Source: Escherichia coli (lineage in GTDB: Bacteria > Pseudomonadota > Gammaproteobacteria > Enterobacterales > Enterobacteriaceae). From it: a DNA stretch of 64,000 nt. A model generated the notes under the pieces. That model made no database searches. It had not been told where the DNA came from and saw only the letters and a program-made list of their open reading frames with translations. The stretch lies in NCBI RefSeq assembly GCF_016026235.1, contig NZ_CP065613.1; one strand, given 5' to 3'. A program made the position numbers and the translations under genes. The stretch's first letter is position 1; the number at the start of each line of letters is the position of its first letter. Below are positions 11,292-26,201 of this stretch, piece after piece.

Positions 11292-12390
11292 TCATAACCC
11301 TGCTTTCAAACTTGCTTCGATAAATTGATCCAGGCTGCCGTCCAGCACGGCCTGCGTGTTGCGGGTTTCTACCCCGGTACGCAGATCTTTAATGCGGGAG
11401 TCATCAAGGACATAAGAACGAATCTGGCTGCCCCAGCCGATGTCAGATTTGTTATCTTCCATCGCCTGTTTCTCAGCATTTTTCTTCTGCATCTCCAGTT
11501 CATAAAGCTTCGCTTTCATCTGCTTCATGGCCTGGTCTTTGTTCTTGTGCTGGGAACGGTCGTTCTGGCACTGGGTCACGATCCCGGTCGGGATGTGGGT
11601 AATACGCACCGCAGATTCGGTACGGTTAACGTGCTGACCGCCCGCGCCGGACGCGCGATAAACGTCAATGCGCAGATCCGCCGGGTTGATTTCGATATCA
11701 ATATCATCATCAACTTCCGGATAAACAAACGCGGAGCTGAACGACGTGTGGCGACGACCGCCGGAGTCAAACGGGCTTTTACGCACCAGGCGGTGAACGC
11801 CGGTTTCTGTACGCAGCCAGCCGTAAGCGTAATCGCCGGAGATTTTGATAGTCACGGATTTAATACCCGCCACTTCACCTTCCGACTCTTCGATGATTTC
11901 AGTTTTGAAACCACGCGATTCTGCCCAGCGCAGATACATACGCTCAAGCATGCTCGCCCAGTCCTGTGCTTCCGTACCGCCAGACCCCGCCTGAATATCG
12001 AGGTAGCAGTCGGCGCTGTCATATTCGCCAGAGAACATACGGCGGAACTCAAGCTGCGCCAGTTTTTCTTCCAGGGCGTCGAGTTCAGCAACGGCTTCGT
12101 TAAAGGTTTCTTCGTCGTCAGCTTCTACAGCCAGTTCCAGCAGACCAGAAACATCTTCCAGCCCCTGTTTCATTTGGTCGAGGGTGTCGACAACGGCTTC
12201 GAGGGAGGAACGCTCTTTACCCAGCGCCTGTGCGCGTTCGGGTTCGTTCCAGACATCCGGCTGTTCCAGCTCGGCGTTTACTTCTTCCAGACGCTCTTTC
12301 TTGGCGTCGTAGTCAAAGATACCCCCTAAGAACGTCGGAGCGTTCCGTGAGGTCCTGAATGCGATTATTTACCGGATTAATTTCAAACAT
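11292..12390 (-). CDS. prfB: Peptide chain release factor 2, made by programmed +1 frameshift (codons 1-25 at 12390..12316, skip 12315, resume 12314..11292)
   Basis: [10 protein letters not shown]... N-terminus; in-frame UGA after CUU preceded by AGGGGG (minus-strand CTT AGG GGG TAT CTT TGA C); downstream frame encodes the GGQ-containing body. Confidence 0.92.
12313..12332 (-). other. prfB +1 frameshift site: SD-like AGGGGG, slippery CUU, in-frame UGA
   Basis: Minus strand reads cttagggggtatctttgac. Confidence 0.9.
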
Positions 12391-12480
12391 GGTCTGATTT
12401 CTTTTATTGAGCTAGTCAAAATGCGGTGATAAGAGCGGGATTGTACCCAATCCACGCTCTTTTTTATAGAGAAGATGACG

Positions 12481-14214
12481 CTAAATTGGCCAGATATTGT
12501 CGATGATAATTTGCAGGCTGCGGTTGCCGCGAAACTCGTTGATATCGAGCTTGTAAGCCAGTTGCACTTCGCGCACGCCGTTATCCGGCCAGAGGGCGGT
12601 ATCGACATTAAAAGCAATACCATCCAGCAGTGGACCGCCGCCGACCGGTTCGACCATCACCTTCAAATGACGTTCGCCCACCAGCCGCTGTTGCAGCAGA
12701 CGGAAATGACCGTCAAACAGCGGCTCCGGGAACATCTGCCCCCACGGGCCAGCATCGCGCAGCAGCTGCGCCACTTCCATGGTCATTTCGGCTGGACTTA
12801 ACGGACCGTCTGACACCACTTCGCCTTGCAATAGCGAAGGGTCCAGCCACTCAGTAACCAGTTCGCCAAACCGTTGTTGAAAGAGTTCGAATTTATCCTC
12901 TTCCAGCGACAAACCCGCCGCCATCGCATGACCGCCAAACTTCAGCATCATGCCAGGGTAGAGTGTGTCTAATCGCTCCAGTGCATCACGCATATGCAGC
13001 CCCTGAATGGAGCGACCTGAACCTTTCAGTGTACCATCACCTGCTGGCGCAAAGGCGATAACCGGACGGTGAAAACGCTCTTTGATGCGCGAAGCCAGAA
13101 TACCGACAACGCCCTGATGCCATTCGGGGTGATACATTGCCAGCCCGCCGGGTAGCGAGTCGCGGCTGCGCTCCAGTTTCTCGCACAGGGTCAGGGCTTC
13201 AACTTGCATTCCTTGTTCGATCTCTTTTCGCGTCTGGTTTAGCGCATCGAGTTCATTTGCCAGCACGCGCGCTTCGCCGATGTTGTCGCACAGCAACAGC
13301 GCCACACCGACGGACATATCGTCCAGTCGTCCGGCAGCATTGAGACGTGGCCCCAGCGCAAAACCTAAATCGCTGGCGGCGAGTTTTTGTGCATCACGGT
13401 TTGCCACTTCAAGCAGCGCTTTAATCCCCGGACGGCACTTTCCGGCTCGGATGCGACTCATCCCCTGCCAGGTCAGAATGCGATTATTAGCGTCCAGCGG
13501 CACGACGTCCGCCACTGTCCCCAGCGCGACCAGATCCAGCAGTTCTGCCAGGTTAGGAATTGCGATGTTACGCTCATCAAACCAGCCCTGATCGCGCAAA
13601 AAGGTGCGCAGCGCCAGCATCAGATAAAACGCCACACCCACGCCTGCCAGTGATTTCGACGGGAAATTACAGTCGCGCAAGTTAGGGTTAATGATCGCTT
13701 CCGCTGCGGGTAATGTGTCGCCTGGCAAATGGTGATCGGTAACAATAACCGGGATGCCCAACGAGCGAGCGTGCTCAACCCCCGCATGGGAGGAAATACC
13801 GTTATCCACCGTGACAATTAACTGCGCGCCACGGGCATGGGCCTGATCGACCACTTCCGGGCTTAAGCCGTAACCGTCTTCGAAACGGTTTGGTACCAGG
13901 TAGTCGATATTGCTGCAACCAAGCGAGCGCATCGCCAGCACGCTTAGAGCCGTGCTGGTCGCACCGTCGGCGTCGAAATCACCGACCACAATAATCCGCG
14001 TTCCTTCGCGAAAAGCGTTGTAAAGGATCTCAACGGCCTTTTCGACGCCGCTCAGTTGCTGCCAGGGCAACATACCTTTAACACTGCGTTCCAGTTCTTG
14101 CGCACTGCGTACTCCCCGGCTGGCGTATAAACGGCGCAGCAAGGGAGGCAATTCAGCGGGCAAGTCTGCCGTTTCATCGACTTCACGGCGACGAAGTTGT
14201 ATCTGTTGTTTCAC
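12481..14214 (-). CDS. recJ: Single-stranded-DNA-specific 5'-3' exonuclease RecJ
   Basis: 577-aa DHH/DHHA1 phosphoesterase in conserved recJ-dsbC-xerD context. Confidence 0.95.
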   Translation of the reverse strand: MKQQIQLRRREVDETADLPAELPPLLRRLYASRGVRSAQELERSVKGMLPWQQLSGVEKAVEILYNAFREGTRIIVVGDFDADGATSTALSVLAMRSLGCSNIDYLVPNRFEDGYGLSPEVVDQAHARGAQLIVTVDNGISSHAGVEHARSLGIPVIVTDHHLPGDTLPAAEAIINPNLRDCNFPSKSLAGVGVAFYLMLALRTFLRDQGWFDERNIAIPNLAELLDLVALGTVADVVPLDANNRILTWQGMSRIRAGKCRPGIKALLEVANRDAQKLAASDLGFALGPRLNAAGRLDDMSVGVALLLCDNIGEARVLANELDALNQTRKEIEQGMQVEALTLCEKLERSRDSLPGGLAMYHPEWHQGVVGILASRIKERFHRPVIAFAPAGDGTLKGSGRSIQGLHMRDALERLDTLYPGMMLKFGGHAMAAGLSLEEDKFELFQQRFGELVTEWLDPSLLQGEVVSDGPLSPAEMTMEVAQLLRDAGPWGQMFPEPLFDGHFRLLQQRLVGERHLKVMVEPVGGGPLLDGIAFNVDTALWPDNGVREVQLAYKLDINEFRGNRSLQIIIDNIWPI

Positions 14215-14219
14215 GCGAA

Positions 14220-14930
14220 TTATTTACCGCTGGTCATTTTTTGGTGTTCGTCGAGGAATTCTTTCATCTCTTTCGGCGGCTGGTAACCCGGAACAAGTGT
14301 GCCATTGCTCAGCACAACTGCCGGAGTACCGCTAACGCCAAGCTGGACGCCAAGTGCGTAATGGTCGGCAATATCCACGTCGCAGCTGGCTGGTGCGACG
14401 CTTTTACCTGCCATCACATCATCAAACGCTTTGTTTTTATCTTTCGCACACCAGATAGCTTTCATTTCTTTCTCTGCATCGCTGTCCAGCCCCTGGCGCG
14501 GGAAAGCAAGATAACGCACGGTGATCCCCAGCGCGTTATAGTCTGCCATTTGCTCATGCAGTTTGTGGCAGTAACCACAGGTAATATCAGTAAACACGGT
14601 GATGACGTGTTTTTCCTGCGGCGCTTTATAAACGATCATCTCTTTTTCAAGCGCATTCAACTGCTTTAACAGCATCTTATTGGTGACATTGACCGGAGCC
14701 GTGCCGCTAACGTCATACATTGGCCCCTGAATGATATGTTTACCATCATCGGTGATGTACAACACGCCGCTGTTAGTCAGAACTGTCTTCATGCCAGCTA
14801 CGGGCGCGGGCTGAATATCGCTGCTTTTGATGCCCATTTTGGCTAACGTTTGTTGAATTGCCGCGTCATCAGCCTGAGCAAAACCTGAAAACGCTGCTAA
14901 CAAAGTAAACAACATAAAACCTTTCTTCAT
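14220..14930 (-). CDS. dsbC: Periplasmic disulfide isomerase DsbC
   Basis: 236 aa, signal peptide, CGYC active site. Confidence 0.95.
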   Translation of the reverse strand: MKKGFMLFTLLAAFSGFAQADDAAIQQTLAKMGIKSSDIQPAPVAGMKTVLTNSGVLYITDDGKHIIQGPMYDVSGTAPVNVTNKMLLKQLNALEKEMIVYKAPQEKHVITVFTDITCGYCHKLHEQMADYNALGITVRYLAFPRQGLDSDAEKEMKAIWCAKDKNKAFDDVMAGKSVAPASCDVDIADHYALGVQLGVSGTPAVVLSNGTLVPGYQPPKEMKEFLDEHQKMTSGK

Positions 14931-14954
14931 AAATCTTCCCGTTCTTTTCAGACA

Positions 14955-15851
14955 TCACGCCCGCGGGTGATGCTGTTGATGAAGTTGCCGCAGACGCTCG
15001 GTAGCGACATGCGTATAAATTTGCGTGGTGGAGAGATCGCTGTGGCCCAGTAGCATCTGCACCACGCGTAAATCCGCACCATGATTTAATAAATGAGTGG
15101 CAAAAGCGTGACGCAACACATGCGGTGACAGCTTTTCGCTGTCGATACCCGCCAGCACGGCATAATGTTTAATACGGTGCCAGAAGGTCTGTCGCGTCAT
15201 CTGCTGCGCACGCTGGCTGGGAAACAACACGTCAATTGACACACCATTCAGCAGCCACGGACGCCCATGTTCCAGATAGGTCTCCAACCAGTAAACCGCC
15301 TCTTCACCTAACGGCACCAGGCGCTCTTTGTTGCCTTTACCAATGACCCGCACTACGCCCTGACGCAGGCTGATATCACTCATTGTCAGTCCGACCAGTT
15401 CAGAGACACGCAGCCCGGTAGCATACAACACTTCAAGCATGGCTTTATCGCGTAGCTCCAGTGGCTGATCAATTAATGGTGCCTGTAATAAACGTTCAAC
15501 CTGCGCTTCGCTTAAATCTTTTGGCAAACGCTGGGGCAATTTCGGTGAAGCGAGATGCGCACTGGGATCGTCTTCACGAAACTTTTCGCGATAAAGATAC
15601 TGGAACAATCGGCGCACTGCACTCAGCAAACGCGCTGAGCTGGTGGCTTTATACCCGCCCTCCAGCCGTTCTGCCAGTAATGCCTGCAAATCGTCACTTT
15701 GCGCCGTCGCCAGCGTCAACCCGCGGTGATGCAACCACTCCACCATCATTGACAGATCGCGACGGTAAGCGTTCAACGTATTTTCAGCCAGATTTTTTTC
15801 CAGCCACAGAGCATCAAGAAACTGCTCGATGCGTGCCAGATCCTGTTTCAC
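14955..15851 (-). CDS. xerD: Tyrosine site-specific recombinase XerD
   Basis: 298 aa, C-terminal catalytic HxxR...Y motif region. Confidence 0.95.
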   Translation of the reverse strand: MKQDLARIEQFLDALWLEKNLAENTLNAYRRDLSMMVEWLHHRGLTLATAQSDDLQALLAERLEGGYKATSSARLLSAVRRLFQYLYREKFREDDPSAHLASPKLPQRLPKDLSEAQVERLLQAPLIDQPLELRDKAMLEVLYATGLRVSELVGLTMSDISLRQGVVRVIGKGNKERLVPLGEEAVYWLETYLEHGRPWLLNGVSIDVLFPSQRAQQMTRQTFWHRIKHYAVLAGIDSEKLSPHVLRHAFATHLLNHGADLRVVQMLLGHSDLSTTQIYTHVATERLRQLHQQHHPRA

Positions 15852-15962
15852 TTGCGCCCCTTATGGTCACTCATTTGATCCATTATGCCTTATTGTGCCG
15901 TGACTAAAGCGATTCTGATACACTAGCTGCAAAAGCCACAGCAGAATCGAGAAGCTTACGTT

Positions 15963-16484
15963 ATGAATATGGGTCTTTTTTACGGTTCCAGCACCTGTTA
16001 CACCGAAATGGCGGCAGAAAAAATCCGCGATATTATCGGCCCAGAACTGGTGACCTTACATAACCTCAAGGACGACTCCCCGAAATTAATGGAGCAGTAC
16101 GATGTGCTCATTCTGGGTATCCCGACCTGGGATTTTGGTGAAATCCAGGAAGACTGGGAAGCCGTCTGGGATCAGCTCGACGACCTGAACCTTGAAGGTA
16201 AAATTGTTGCGCTGTATGGGCTTGGCGATCAACTGGGATACGGCGAGTGGTTCCTCGATGCGCTCGGTATGCTGCATGACAAACTCTCGACCAAAGGCGT
16301 GAAGTTCGTCGGCTACTGGCCAACGGAAGGATATGAATTTACCAGCCCGAAACCGGTGATTGCTGACGGGCAACTGTTCGTGGGTCTGGCGCTGGATGAA
16401 ACTAACCAGTATGACCTTAGCGACGAGCGTATTCAGAGCTGGTGCGAGCAAATCCTCAACGAAATGGCAGAGCATTACGCCTGA
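15963..16484 (+). CDS. fldB: Flavodoxin 2
   Basis: 173-aa flavodoxin fold. Confidence 0.93.
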
Positions 16485-16523
16485 TCTCACTGACGGCTTA
16501 GCGCATATGCTTTGCCGTCATCT

Positions 16524-17190
<667 letters not shown>

Positions 17191-17420
17191 TCACGAAAAT
17201 CCAGTACCAGGGTATTGTAACGTGTTTTTCGACTTCTTTTACGGGAATATCAGTAAACACAATCGCGATCGCGAAATTAATTCACAACAATTCAAGGGCT
17301 TCATTTTTTTGGAAGTCGCCTCGCAGAAGGCACAGATCGCGTAGTGAAAGCACTTGCATTGCCTCATAGCTCTTTTACCATTAGTTATTAATACGCCGTT
17401 AAGCAACTCAGGACTCTATT

Positions 17421-18401
17421 ATGGCTTTTACACCTTTTCCTCCACGTCAGCCTACGGCTTCTGCCCGTTTACCGCTGACGCTGATGACGCTTGATGACTG
17501 GGCGCTTGCCACCATTACTGGCGCGGACAGCGAAAAATATATGCAGGGCCAGGTGACAGCAGATGTCAGCCAGATGACAGAAAATCAGCACCTGCTCGCC
17601 GCCCATTGCGACGCCAAAGGTAAAATGTGGAGCAATTTACGTCTGTTCCGCGACGGCGATGGCTTTGCGTGGATTGAACGGCGCAGCGTGCGTGAATCGC
17701 AGCTGACTGAACTGAAAAAATATGCGGTGTTCTCTAAAGTGACCATCGCGCCAGACGACGAGCGTGTGCTGCTTGGTGTTGCCGGTTTTCAGGCGCGCGC
17801 CGCGCTGGCTAATCTCTTTAGTGAACTACCTTCGAGAGAAAAACAGGTAGTTAAAGAAGGCGCGACCACTTTGCTATGGTTTGAACACCCGGCAGAACGT
17901 TTCCTGATCGTAACCGATGAAGCTACTGCCAATATGCTGACCGATAAACTGCGCGGTGAAGCGGAACTGAACAATAGCCAACAGTGGCTGGCATTAAACA
18001 TTGAAGCGGGTTTCCCGGTGATTGATGCCGCCAACAGCGGGCAGTTTATTCCACAGGCGACCAATCTCCAGGCGCTGGGCGGTATCAGCTTTAAGAAAGG
18101 CTGCTATACCGGACAAGAGATGGTGGCGCGAGCAAAATTCCGTGGTGCCAACAAACGCGCGCTCTGGTTGCTGACAGGTAGTGCCAGCCGACTGCCGGAA
18201 GCTGGTGAAGACTTAGAGCTGAAAATGGGCGAGAACTGGCGTCGTACCGGTACGGTGCTGGCTGCGGTAAAACTGGAAGATGGTCAGGCCGTGGTACAGG
18301 TCGTCATGAATAACGATATGGAACCGGACAGCATCTTCCGCGTGCGTGACGATGCGAATACACTGCATATCGAACCGCTGCCGTATTCGCTCGAAGAGTA
18401 A
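17421..18401 (+). CDS. ygfZ: tRNA-modifying, folate-binding protein YgfZ
   Basis: 326 aa, GcvT-like fold, conserved position. Confidence 0.92.
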   Translation: MAFTPFPPRQPTASARLPLTLMTLDDWALATITGADSEKYMQGQVTADVSQMTENQHLLAAHCDAKGKMWSNLRLFRDGDGFAWIERRSVRESQLTELKKYAVFSKVTIAPDDERVLLGVAGFQARAALANLFSELPSREKQVVKEGATTLLWFEHPAERFLIVTDEATANMLTDKLRGEAELNNSQQWLALNIEAGFPVIDAANSGQFIPQATNLQALGGISFKKGCYTGQEMVARAKFRGANKRALWLLTGSASRLPEAGEDLELKMGENWRRTGTVLAAVKLEDGQAVVQVVMNNDMEPDSIFRVRDDANTLHIEPLPYSLEE

Positions 18402-18407
18402 ATCTCT

Positions 18408-18466
18408 GTATCGCATCAGGCATTTATCGCCTGATGCGACGCTGGCGCGTCTTATCAGGCCTACAA
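18408..18466. repeat. REP palindromic units after ygfZ
   Basis: TCGCATCAGGCATTTATCGCCTGATGCGA and CGCGTCTTATCAGGCCTAC. Confidence 0.6.
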
Positions 18467-18477
18467 AGGCATACCCA

Positions 18478-19140
<663 letters not shown>

Positions 19141-19300
19141 TTACTCCGGAGAAACGTACACGCACATGTATACCTCTCCAGCGTAACTGAGAATAGTTCC
19201 AGTGAACACCTGTTAGCTAAAATAAATTCTGATTTGAGACTAATCTCCTAAAAATCATGAAATTAAATGCGAAATTTCAACTAACAGGCGTGAGTTCAAT

Positions 19301-19612
19301 TTAAAGACATTTAAATTCAATCACATAAAACTGTGTCTGACCGGGATAGATGTCGGCAATGACCTTTTTCAGTTCAGTCAGGGTCATATTTTCCTGCTCT
19401 GCATGTTTTTCCGTCAGCGTATCCAGCGTTACGGTTGAGGTTGCGGTGACTTCAATCGTGCAAAAATAACCGTCATCTTCAAAACGCCCGACACAAAGCA
19501 CATCACCCGTTTTGAAGTGCGATTCAGACTCGTCGCGGATGGTGATGGTTTTACGCCCAGCCAGAATGTCATCCTGGAAACGTTGAAAAAAAGTGATGTC
19601 GTTTGGCTGCAT
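19301..19612 (-). CDS. yqfB: ASCH-domain protein YqfB
   Basis: 103-aa product [27 protein letters not shown]... Confidence 0.88.
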   Translation of the reverse strand: MQPNDITFFQRFQDDILAGRKTITIRDESESHFKTGDVLCVGRFEDDGYFCTIEVTATSTVTLDTLTEKHAEQENMTLTELKKVIADIYPGQTQFYVIEFKCL

Positions 19613-19629
19613 GGTACTATTTCCTGTAA

Positions 19630-21090
<1,461 letters not shown>

Positions 21091-21100
21091 TTAGCCGATG

Positions 21101-21128
21101 TGCCTGATGCGATACGCTCATCAGGCCT
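21101..21128. repeat. REP-like palindrome after bglA
   Basis: TGCCTGATGCGATACGCTCATCAGGCC. Confidence 0.55.
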
Positions 21129-21210
21129 GGCACTCTTTTAATATATTGAGCTCGCAAGATTTTATATTACGCCTCAGCCGAAACACACAAAGCGCACTTT
21201 ATTAACAAGC

Positions 21211-21232
21211 TAAAAAGGCGCCGAAGCGCCTT
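21211..21232 (-). terminator. Rho-independent terminator of the gcvTHP operon
   Basis: Minus strand AAAGGCGCTTCGGCGCCTTT followed by a TTTT run. Confidence 0.75.
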
Positions 21233-21255
21233 TAGAAGATAGTCGAATCAGTGAA

Positions 21256-24129
21256 TTACTGGTATTCGCTAATCGGTACGCAGGAGCAGAACAGGTTACG
21301 GTCGCCGTAAACATCATCCAGACGTTTCACTGTCGGCCAGTATTTGTCTGCCACGCCTGCCGGGAATACCGCAACTTCACGGCTGTACGGATGCGCCCAC
21401 TCGGCGACCAGTTCGTTCTGAATGTGCGGCGCGTTCACCAGCGGGTTATCTTCCAGCGGCCAGACACCGGCTTTAACCTGGTCGATTTCTGCGCGGATAG
21501 CCAGCATCGCGTCGATAAAGCGATCCAGTTCCACTTTGCTTTCAGATTCAGTCGGTTCAACCATCAGCGTACCCGCCACCGGGAACGACATCGTCGGCGC
21601 GTGGAAACCGTAGTCGATCAGGCGCTTGGCAATATCCAGCTCGCTGATGCCGGTTTCTTCTTTCAGCGGGCGAATATCGAGAATACATTCGTGCGCCACG
21701 CGACCGTCGCGACCGGTATACAGCACCGGGAAGGCATCCTGCAGGCGGCTGGCAATATAGTTGGCGTTGAGGATTGCCACCTGGCTTGCTTTTTTCAGCC
21801 CTTCTGCGCCCATCATGCGGATGTACATCCAGCTGATTGGCAGGATAGAGGCGCTACCGAACGGTGCCGCAGAAACTGCGCCCTGACGGGTTAACATGCC
21901 TTCGATTTGCACCACGCTATGACCCGGTACAAACGGTGCCAGATGCGCTTTCACACCGATCGGTCCCATACCCGGACCACCACCGCCGTGCGGAATGCAG
22001 AAAGTTTTATGCAGGTTGAGGTGCGAAACGTCCGCGCCAATAAAGCCCGGCGAGGTGATGCCAACCTGGGCGTTCATGTTCGCGCCATCAAGGTAAACCT
22101 GACCGCCGAACTGATGCACGACTTCACACACTTCACGGATCGTTTCTTCATACACGCCGTGGGTAGAAGGATAAGTCACCATGATACAGGAGAGGTTATC
22201 GCCCGCCTGTTCCGCTTTCGCGCGCAGATCAGTCAGATCGATGTTGCCGTTTTTATCACACGCCACAACCACCACCTGCATTCCTGCCATATGTGCAGAA
22301 GCGGGGTTAGTTCCGTGCGCAGAAGCCGGGATCAGGCAGATATCGCGATGCCCTTCGTTGCGGCTTTCATGATAATGACGAATCGCCAGCAGGCCCGCGT
22401 ATTCGCCCTGTGCGCCGGAGTTCGGCTGCATACAAACGGCGTCGTAACCGGTCAGTTTCACCAGCCAGTCAGCCAGCTGCGCAATCATCTGCTGATAACC
22501 TTCAGCCTGTTCCGGCGGACAAAACGGGTGCAGTTCGGCAAATTCCGGCCAGGTGATTGGGATCATCTCGGCGGCGGCGTTCAGTTTCATGGTGCAGGAA
22601 CCCAGCGGGATCATCGCCTGATTCAGCGCCAGATCTTTACGCTCCAGCGAGTGCATATAGCGCATCATTTCGGTTTCGCTGTGGTAGCGATTAAACACCG
22701 GATGGGTGAGGATTTCGTCGTCGCGCAGCATCGCAGGCTGGATAGAGCGGCTGTCGTGAGCCACGTCTTTGTCCAGCGTGTCGATGTCCAGGCCGTGGTT
22801 ATCGCCCAGCAGCACGTTGAAAAGCTGCATTACGTTTTCACGCGTGGTTGTTTCATCAAGGGTGATCCCAACCGCGTTCAGAATATCGCTACGCAGGTTG
22901 ATTTCAGCCGCTTCGGCACGCGTCAGTACGCCCGCTTTGTCGGCCACTTCCACACACAAGGTGTCGAAATAGTGCGCATGGCGCAGTTTCAGACCTTTTT
23001 GTTGCAGGCCCGCCGCCAGGATATCGGTCAGACGGTGAATGCGGTTAGCGATACGTTTCAGGCCAACCGGGCCGTGATAAACGGCATACAGGCTGGCGAT
23101 GTTTGCCAGCAGTACCTGGGAAGTACAAATGTTGGAGTTCGCTTTCTCACGGCGGATATGTTGCTCGCGAGTCTGCATCGCCATGCGCAGCGCGGTATTG
23201 CCAGCTGCATCTTTCGATACACCGATAATACGGCCCGGCATTGAGCGTTTGTATTCATCTTTCGCCGCAAAGAATGCCGCGTGTGGGCCACCGTAGCCCA
23301 TCGGCACGCCGAAGCGTTGCGCCGAACCAAAAACAATATCCGCGCCCTGTTTACCCGGCGCAGTTAACAGCACCAGCGCCATAATATCGGCGGCAACGCT
23401 GACCACAATTTTGCGTGATTTCAGTTCGCTAATAAGCGCAGTGTAGTCGTGAATTTCACCGGTAGTGCCTACCTGCTGTAACAGCACGCCGAAGACGTCC
23501 TGATGGTCGAGCACTTTTTGCGCGTCATCGACAATCACTTCAAAACCAAAGGTTTCGGCACGAGTACGGACCACATCCAGCGTTTGCGGATGCACATCGG
23601 AAGCCACGAAGAAGCGGTTGGCATTTTTCAGTTTGCTGACGCGTTTCGCCATCGCCATTGCTTCGGCGGCAGCGGTGGCCTCGTCCAGAAGAGAAGCAGA
23701 GGCCATATCCAGTCCAGTCAAATCCAGCGTTACCTGCTGGAAGTTGAGCAGTGCTTCAAGGCGGCCCTGGGAGACTTCAGGTTGATACGGAGTGTACGCG
23801 GTATACCAGCCCGGATTTTCCAGCATGTTACGCAGGATAACCGGCGGTAGCTGCACGGCGGTGTAACCCATGCCGATGTAAGACGTGAAGCGTTTATTGC
23901 GACTGGCAATAGCCTTGAGTTCTGCCAGTGCGGCGTATTCGGTCGCCGGTGCGCCAACCTGCGGCGGGGTCGCAAGCTGAATATCTTTCGGTACAATCTG
24001 GCCGGTCAGCGCGTTTAACGATTGTGCGCCAACGGCATTCAGCATTTCTTGCTGTTGCGCGGCGTCCGGTCCGATATGGCGTTCAATAAAAGCGCCGCTG
24101 TTTTCAAGCTGGCTTAACGTCTGTGTCAT
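21256..24129 (-). CDS. gcvP: Glycine dehydrogenase (decarboxylating), P protein
   Basis: 957-aa PLP enzyme. Confidence 0.95.
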   Translation of the reverse strand: MTQTLSQLENSGAFIERHIGPDAAQQQEMLNAVGAQSLNALTGQIVPKDIQLATPPQVGAPATEYAALAELKAIASRNKRFTSYIGMGYTAVQLPPVILRNMLENPGWYTAYTPYQPEVSQGRLEALLNFQQVTLDLTGLDMASASLLDEATAAAEAMAMAKRVSKLKNANRFFVASDVHPQTLDVVRTRAETFGFEVIVDDAQKVLDHQDVFGVLLQQVGTTGEIHDYTALISELKSRKIVVSVAADIMALVLLTAPGKQGADIVFGSAQRFGVPMGYGGPHAAFFAAKDEYKRSMPGRIIGVSKDAAGNTALRMAMQTREQHIRREKANSNICTSQVLLANIASLYAVYHGPVGLKRIANRIHRLTDILAAGLQQKGLKLRHAHYFDTLCVEVADKAGVLTRAEAAEINLRSDILNAVGITLDETTTRENVMQLFNVLLGDNHGLDIDTLDKDVAHDSRSIQPAMLRDDEILTHPVFNRYHSETEMMRYMHSLERKDLALNQAMIPLGSCTMKLNAAAEMIPITWPEFAELHPFCPPEQAEGYQQMIAQLADWLVKLTGYDAVCMQPNSGAQGEYAGLLAIRHYHESRNEGHRDICLIPASAHGTNPASAHMAGMQVVVVACDKNGNIDLTDLRAKAEQAGDNLSCIMVTYPSTHGVYEETIREVCEVVHQFGGQVYLDGANMNAQVGITSPGFIGADVSHLNLHKTFCIPHGGGGPGMGPIGVKAHLAPFVPGHSVVQIEGMLTRQGAVSAAPFGSASILPISWMYIRMMGAEGLKKASQVAILNANYIASRLQDAFPVLYTGRDGRVAHECILDIRPLKEETGISELDIAKRLIDYGFHAPTMSFPVAGTLMVEPTESESKVELDRFIDAMLAIRAEIDQVKAGVWPLEDNPLVNAPHIQNELVAEWAHPYSREVAVFPAGVADKYWPTVKRLDDVYGDRNLFCSCVPISEYQ

Positions 24130-24247
24130 GAGCGATGGTTCCTGAAACGTGCAGTGAATTGTGAACCTCTCTCCTTACGAAGAGAGTGAGGGTGAGGCAT
24201 AAATTTTCCTCACCCTGATCCTCTCCCGCAGAAGAGGAATAAAGCCG

Positions 24248-24637
24248 TTACTCGTCTTCTAACAATGCTTCGTATGCGGTCGCATCCAGCAGTGATTCCA
24301 GTTCGCTTTCATCGCTGGCTTTGATTTTAAAGATCCAGCCACCTGCATACGGTTCGCTGTTCACCAGTTCCGGGGAATCGCTCAGTGCGTCGTTTACCGC
24401 CACGATTTCACCGCTTACTGGCGCATAAATGTCTGACGCCGCTTTTACTGATTCGGCAACCGCGCAGTCATCGCCCGCGCTAACCGTTGCGCCCACTTCC
24501 GGCAGGTCAACAAACACCATATCGCCTAACAGCTCCTGAGCATGTTCGGTAATACCAACGGTGTAAGTGCCGTCGGCTTCTTTACGCAGCCATTCGTGTT
24601 CTTTGCTGTATTTCAGTTCTGCTGGTACGTTGCTCAT
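24248..24637 (-). CDS. gcvH: Glycine cleavage system H protein
   Basis: 129 aa, lipoyl-lysine motif region. Confidence 0.93.
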
Positions 24638-24660
24638 CAATCAATCTCCAAAAAAGTAAA

Positions 24661-25755
24661 TCACGCGACGGCTTTGCCGTTACGCACAAAAACAGGTTTT
24701 GTCACTTTAACCGGCATTTCACGGTTGCGAATTTGCACAATCGCCGTTTCGCCAATACCTTCCGGCACGCGCGCCAGCGCAATGCTGTAACCCAGCGTCG
24801 GGGAGAAAGTACCGCTGGTGATAATGCCTTCATGCTGGTTGCCCTGCGCATCGGTAAAGCGTACCGGCAGTTCATTACGCAGCACGCCTTTTTCGGTCAT
24901 CACCAGACCAACCAGTTTTTCTGTACCATGCTCACGCTGCACTTCCAGGGCTTCACGACCGATAAAGTCACGATCTGCCGGTTCCCAGGCGATAGTCCAG
25001 CCCATGTTGGCGGCTAAAGGAGAAATAGTTTCGTCCATCTCCTGACCATAAAGATTCATGCCCGCTTCCAGACGCAGCGTGTCACGCGCGCCCAAGCCAC
25101 ATGGCTTAACACCCGCTTCCACCAGCGCACGCCAGAAATCGGCCGCTTTTTCATTGGGCAGCGCAATTTCATAGCCCGCTTCACCGGTATAACCAGTGGT
25201 GGCAATAAACAGATCGCCCGCCTGCACGCCAAAGAACGGTTTCATCCCTTCCACCGCCTGACGCTGGGCGTCATTAAACAGTGTGGCAGCTTTTGCCTGC
25301 GCATTCGGCCCTTGCACGGCAATCATGGAAAGGTCATCACGAACGGTAATTTCGATGCCGAAAGGTTCAGCGTGTTGGGTAATCCAGGAGAGGTCTTTTT
25401 CGCGGGTGGCGGAGTTAACAACGAGGCGGAAGAAATCTTCAGTAAAGTAGTAGACGATGAGGTCATCTATCACACCGCCAGAGGCATTCAACATCCCCGA
25501 GTAAAGGGCTTTGCCGCTTTTGGTGAGCTTCGCCACATCGTTCGCCAGCAGATAACGCAGAAACTCCCGGGTGCGGCTGCCGCGAAGATCGACGATGGTC
25601 ATATGTGACACATCAAACATTCCGGCATCGGTACGTACCGCATGATGTTCGTCGATTTGCGAACCGTAATGCAGCGGCATCATCCAGCCGTGGAAATCCA
25701 CCATGCGAGCGCCGCAAAGCGTGTGTTGTTCGTACAAAGGAGTCTGTTGTGCCAT
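24661..25755 (-). CDS. gcvT: Aminomethyltransferase, glycine cleavage T protein
   Basis: 364 aa from [24 protein letters not shown]...; ORF track start is upstream and out of register. Confidence 0.92.
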
Positions 25756-26130
25756 CTTGTCCTCATTGAATAAGCGGGGCTGACAACTTTTCATGGTGAA
25801 ATTATCACCACGAAACCCAGCATCGGAGCCACTCCCGGTCCCCAACGCAATCGTTCTCTTTTGCCTGAACTTACCACCGAAACAGACTGTTAACCATAAG
25901 GTAAAATTGATCATCACATTAGCTTATGGTTAAAAAATGCAAAAATCGCGACAGAATAAAAAACCAAAAAACACACCAGTTTCTATACAAAGATGATGTG
26001 ATGAGAAAGTCAATTTGAATAAGACAATATTAAGAGCTAAAAAAATGTCAAAAAACACTAAATCAAAAAATCATGGCATTAGAAAATATAATGCGAAAAC
26101 GGAGGTGAAATTAGTTTATTTCAAATGAGG
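25756..26130 (-). promoter_or_regulatory. gcvT upstream control region, A/T-rich (by analogy, site of the gcvTHP promoter and GcvA/Lrp/CRP/PurR sites; individual sites not mapped)
   Basis: Long A-rich leader upstream of gcvT; position homologous to the characterised gcv control region. Confidence 0.45.
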
Positions 26131-26134
26131 AAAA

Positions 26135-26158
26135 TCTCCCGGCGAAAAAACCGGGAGA
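26135..26158 (-). terminator. Rho-independent terminator after ubiI
   Basis: TCTCCCGG/CCGGGAGA stem, T-rich tail on the minus strand. Confidence 0.65.
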
Positions 26159-26201
26159 TGAAAGTGTGATGGGTATCAAATAAACAGCAGAAGAGAAATT
26201 T

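Noticed and set aside
9882-11297. 471-aa plus-strand ORF
   Set aside because: Antisense shadow of lysS, whose minus-strand product is a full-length lysyl-tRNA synthetase.
11325-12329. 334-aa plus-strand ORF
   Set aside because: Antisense shadow of prfB.
21907-23244. 445-aa plus-strand ORF (and 21391..21894)
   Set aside because: Antisense to gcvP; low-complexity Arg/His-rich translation.
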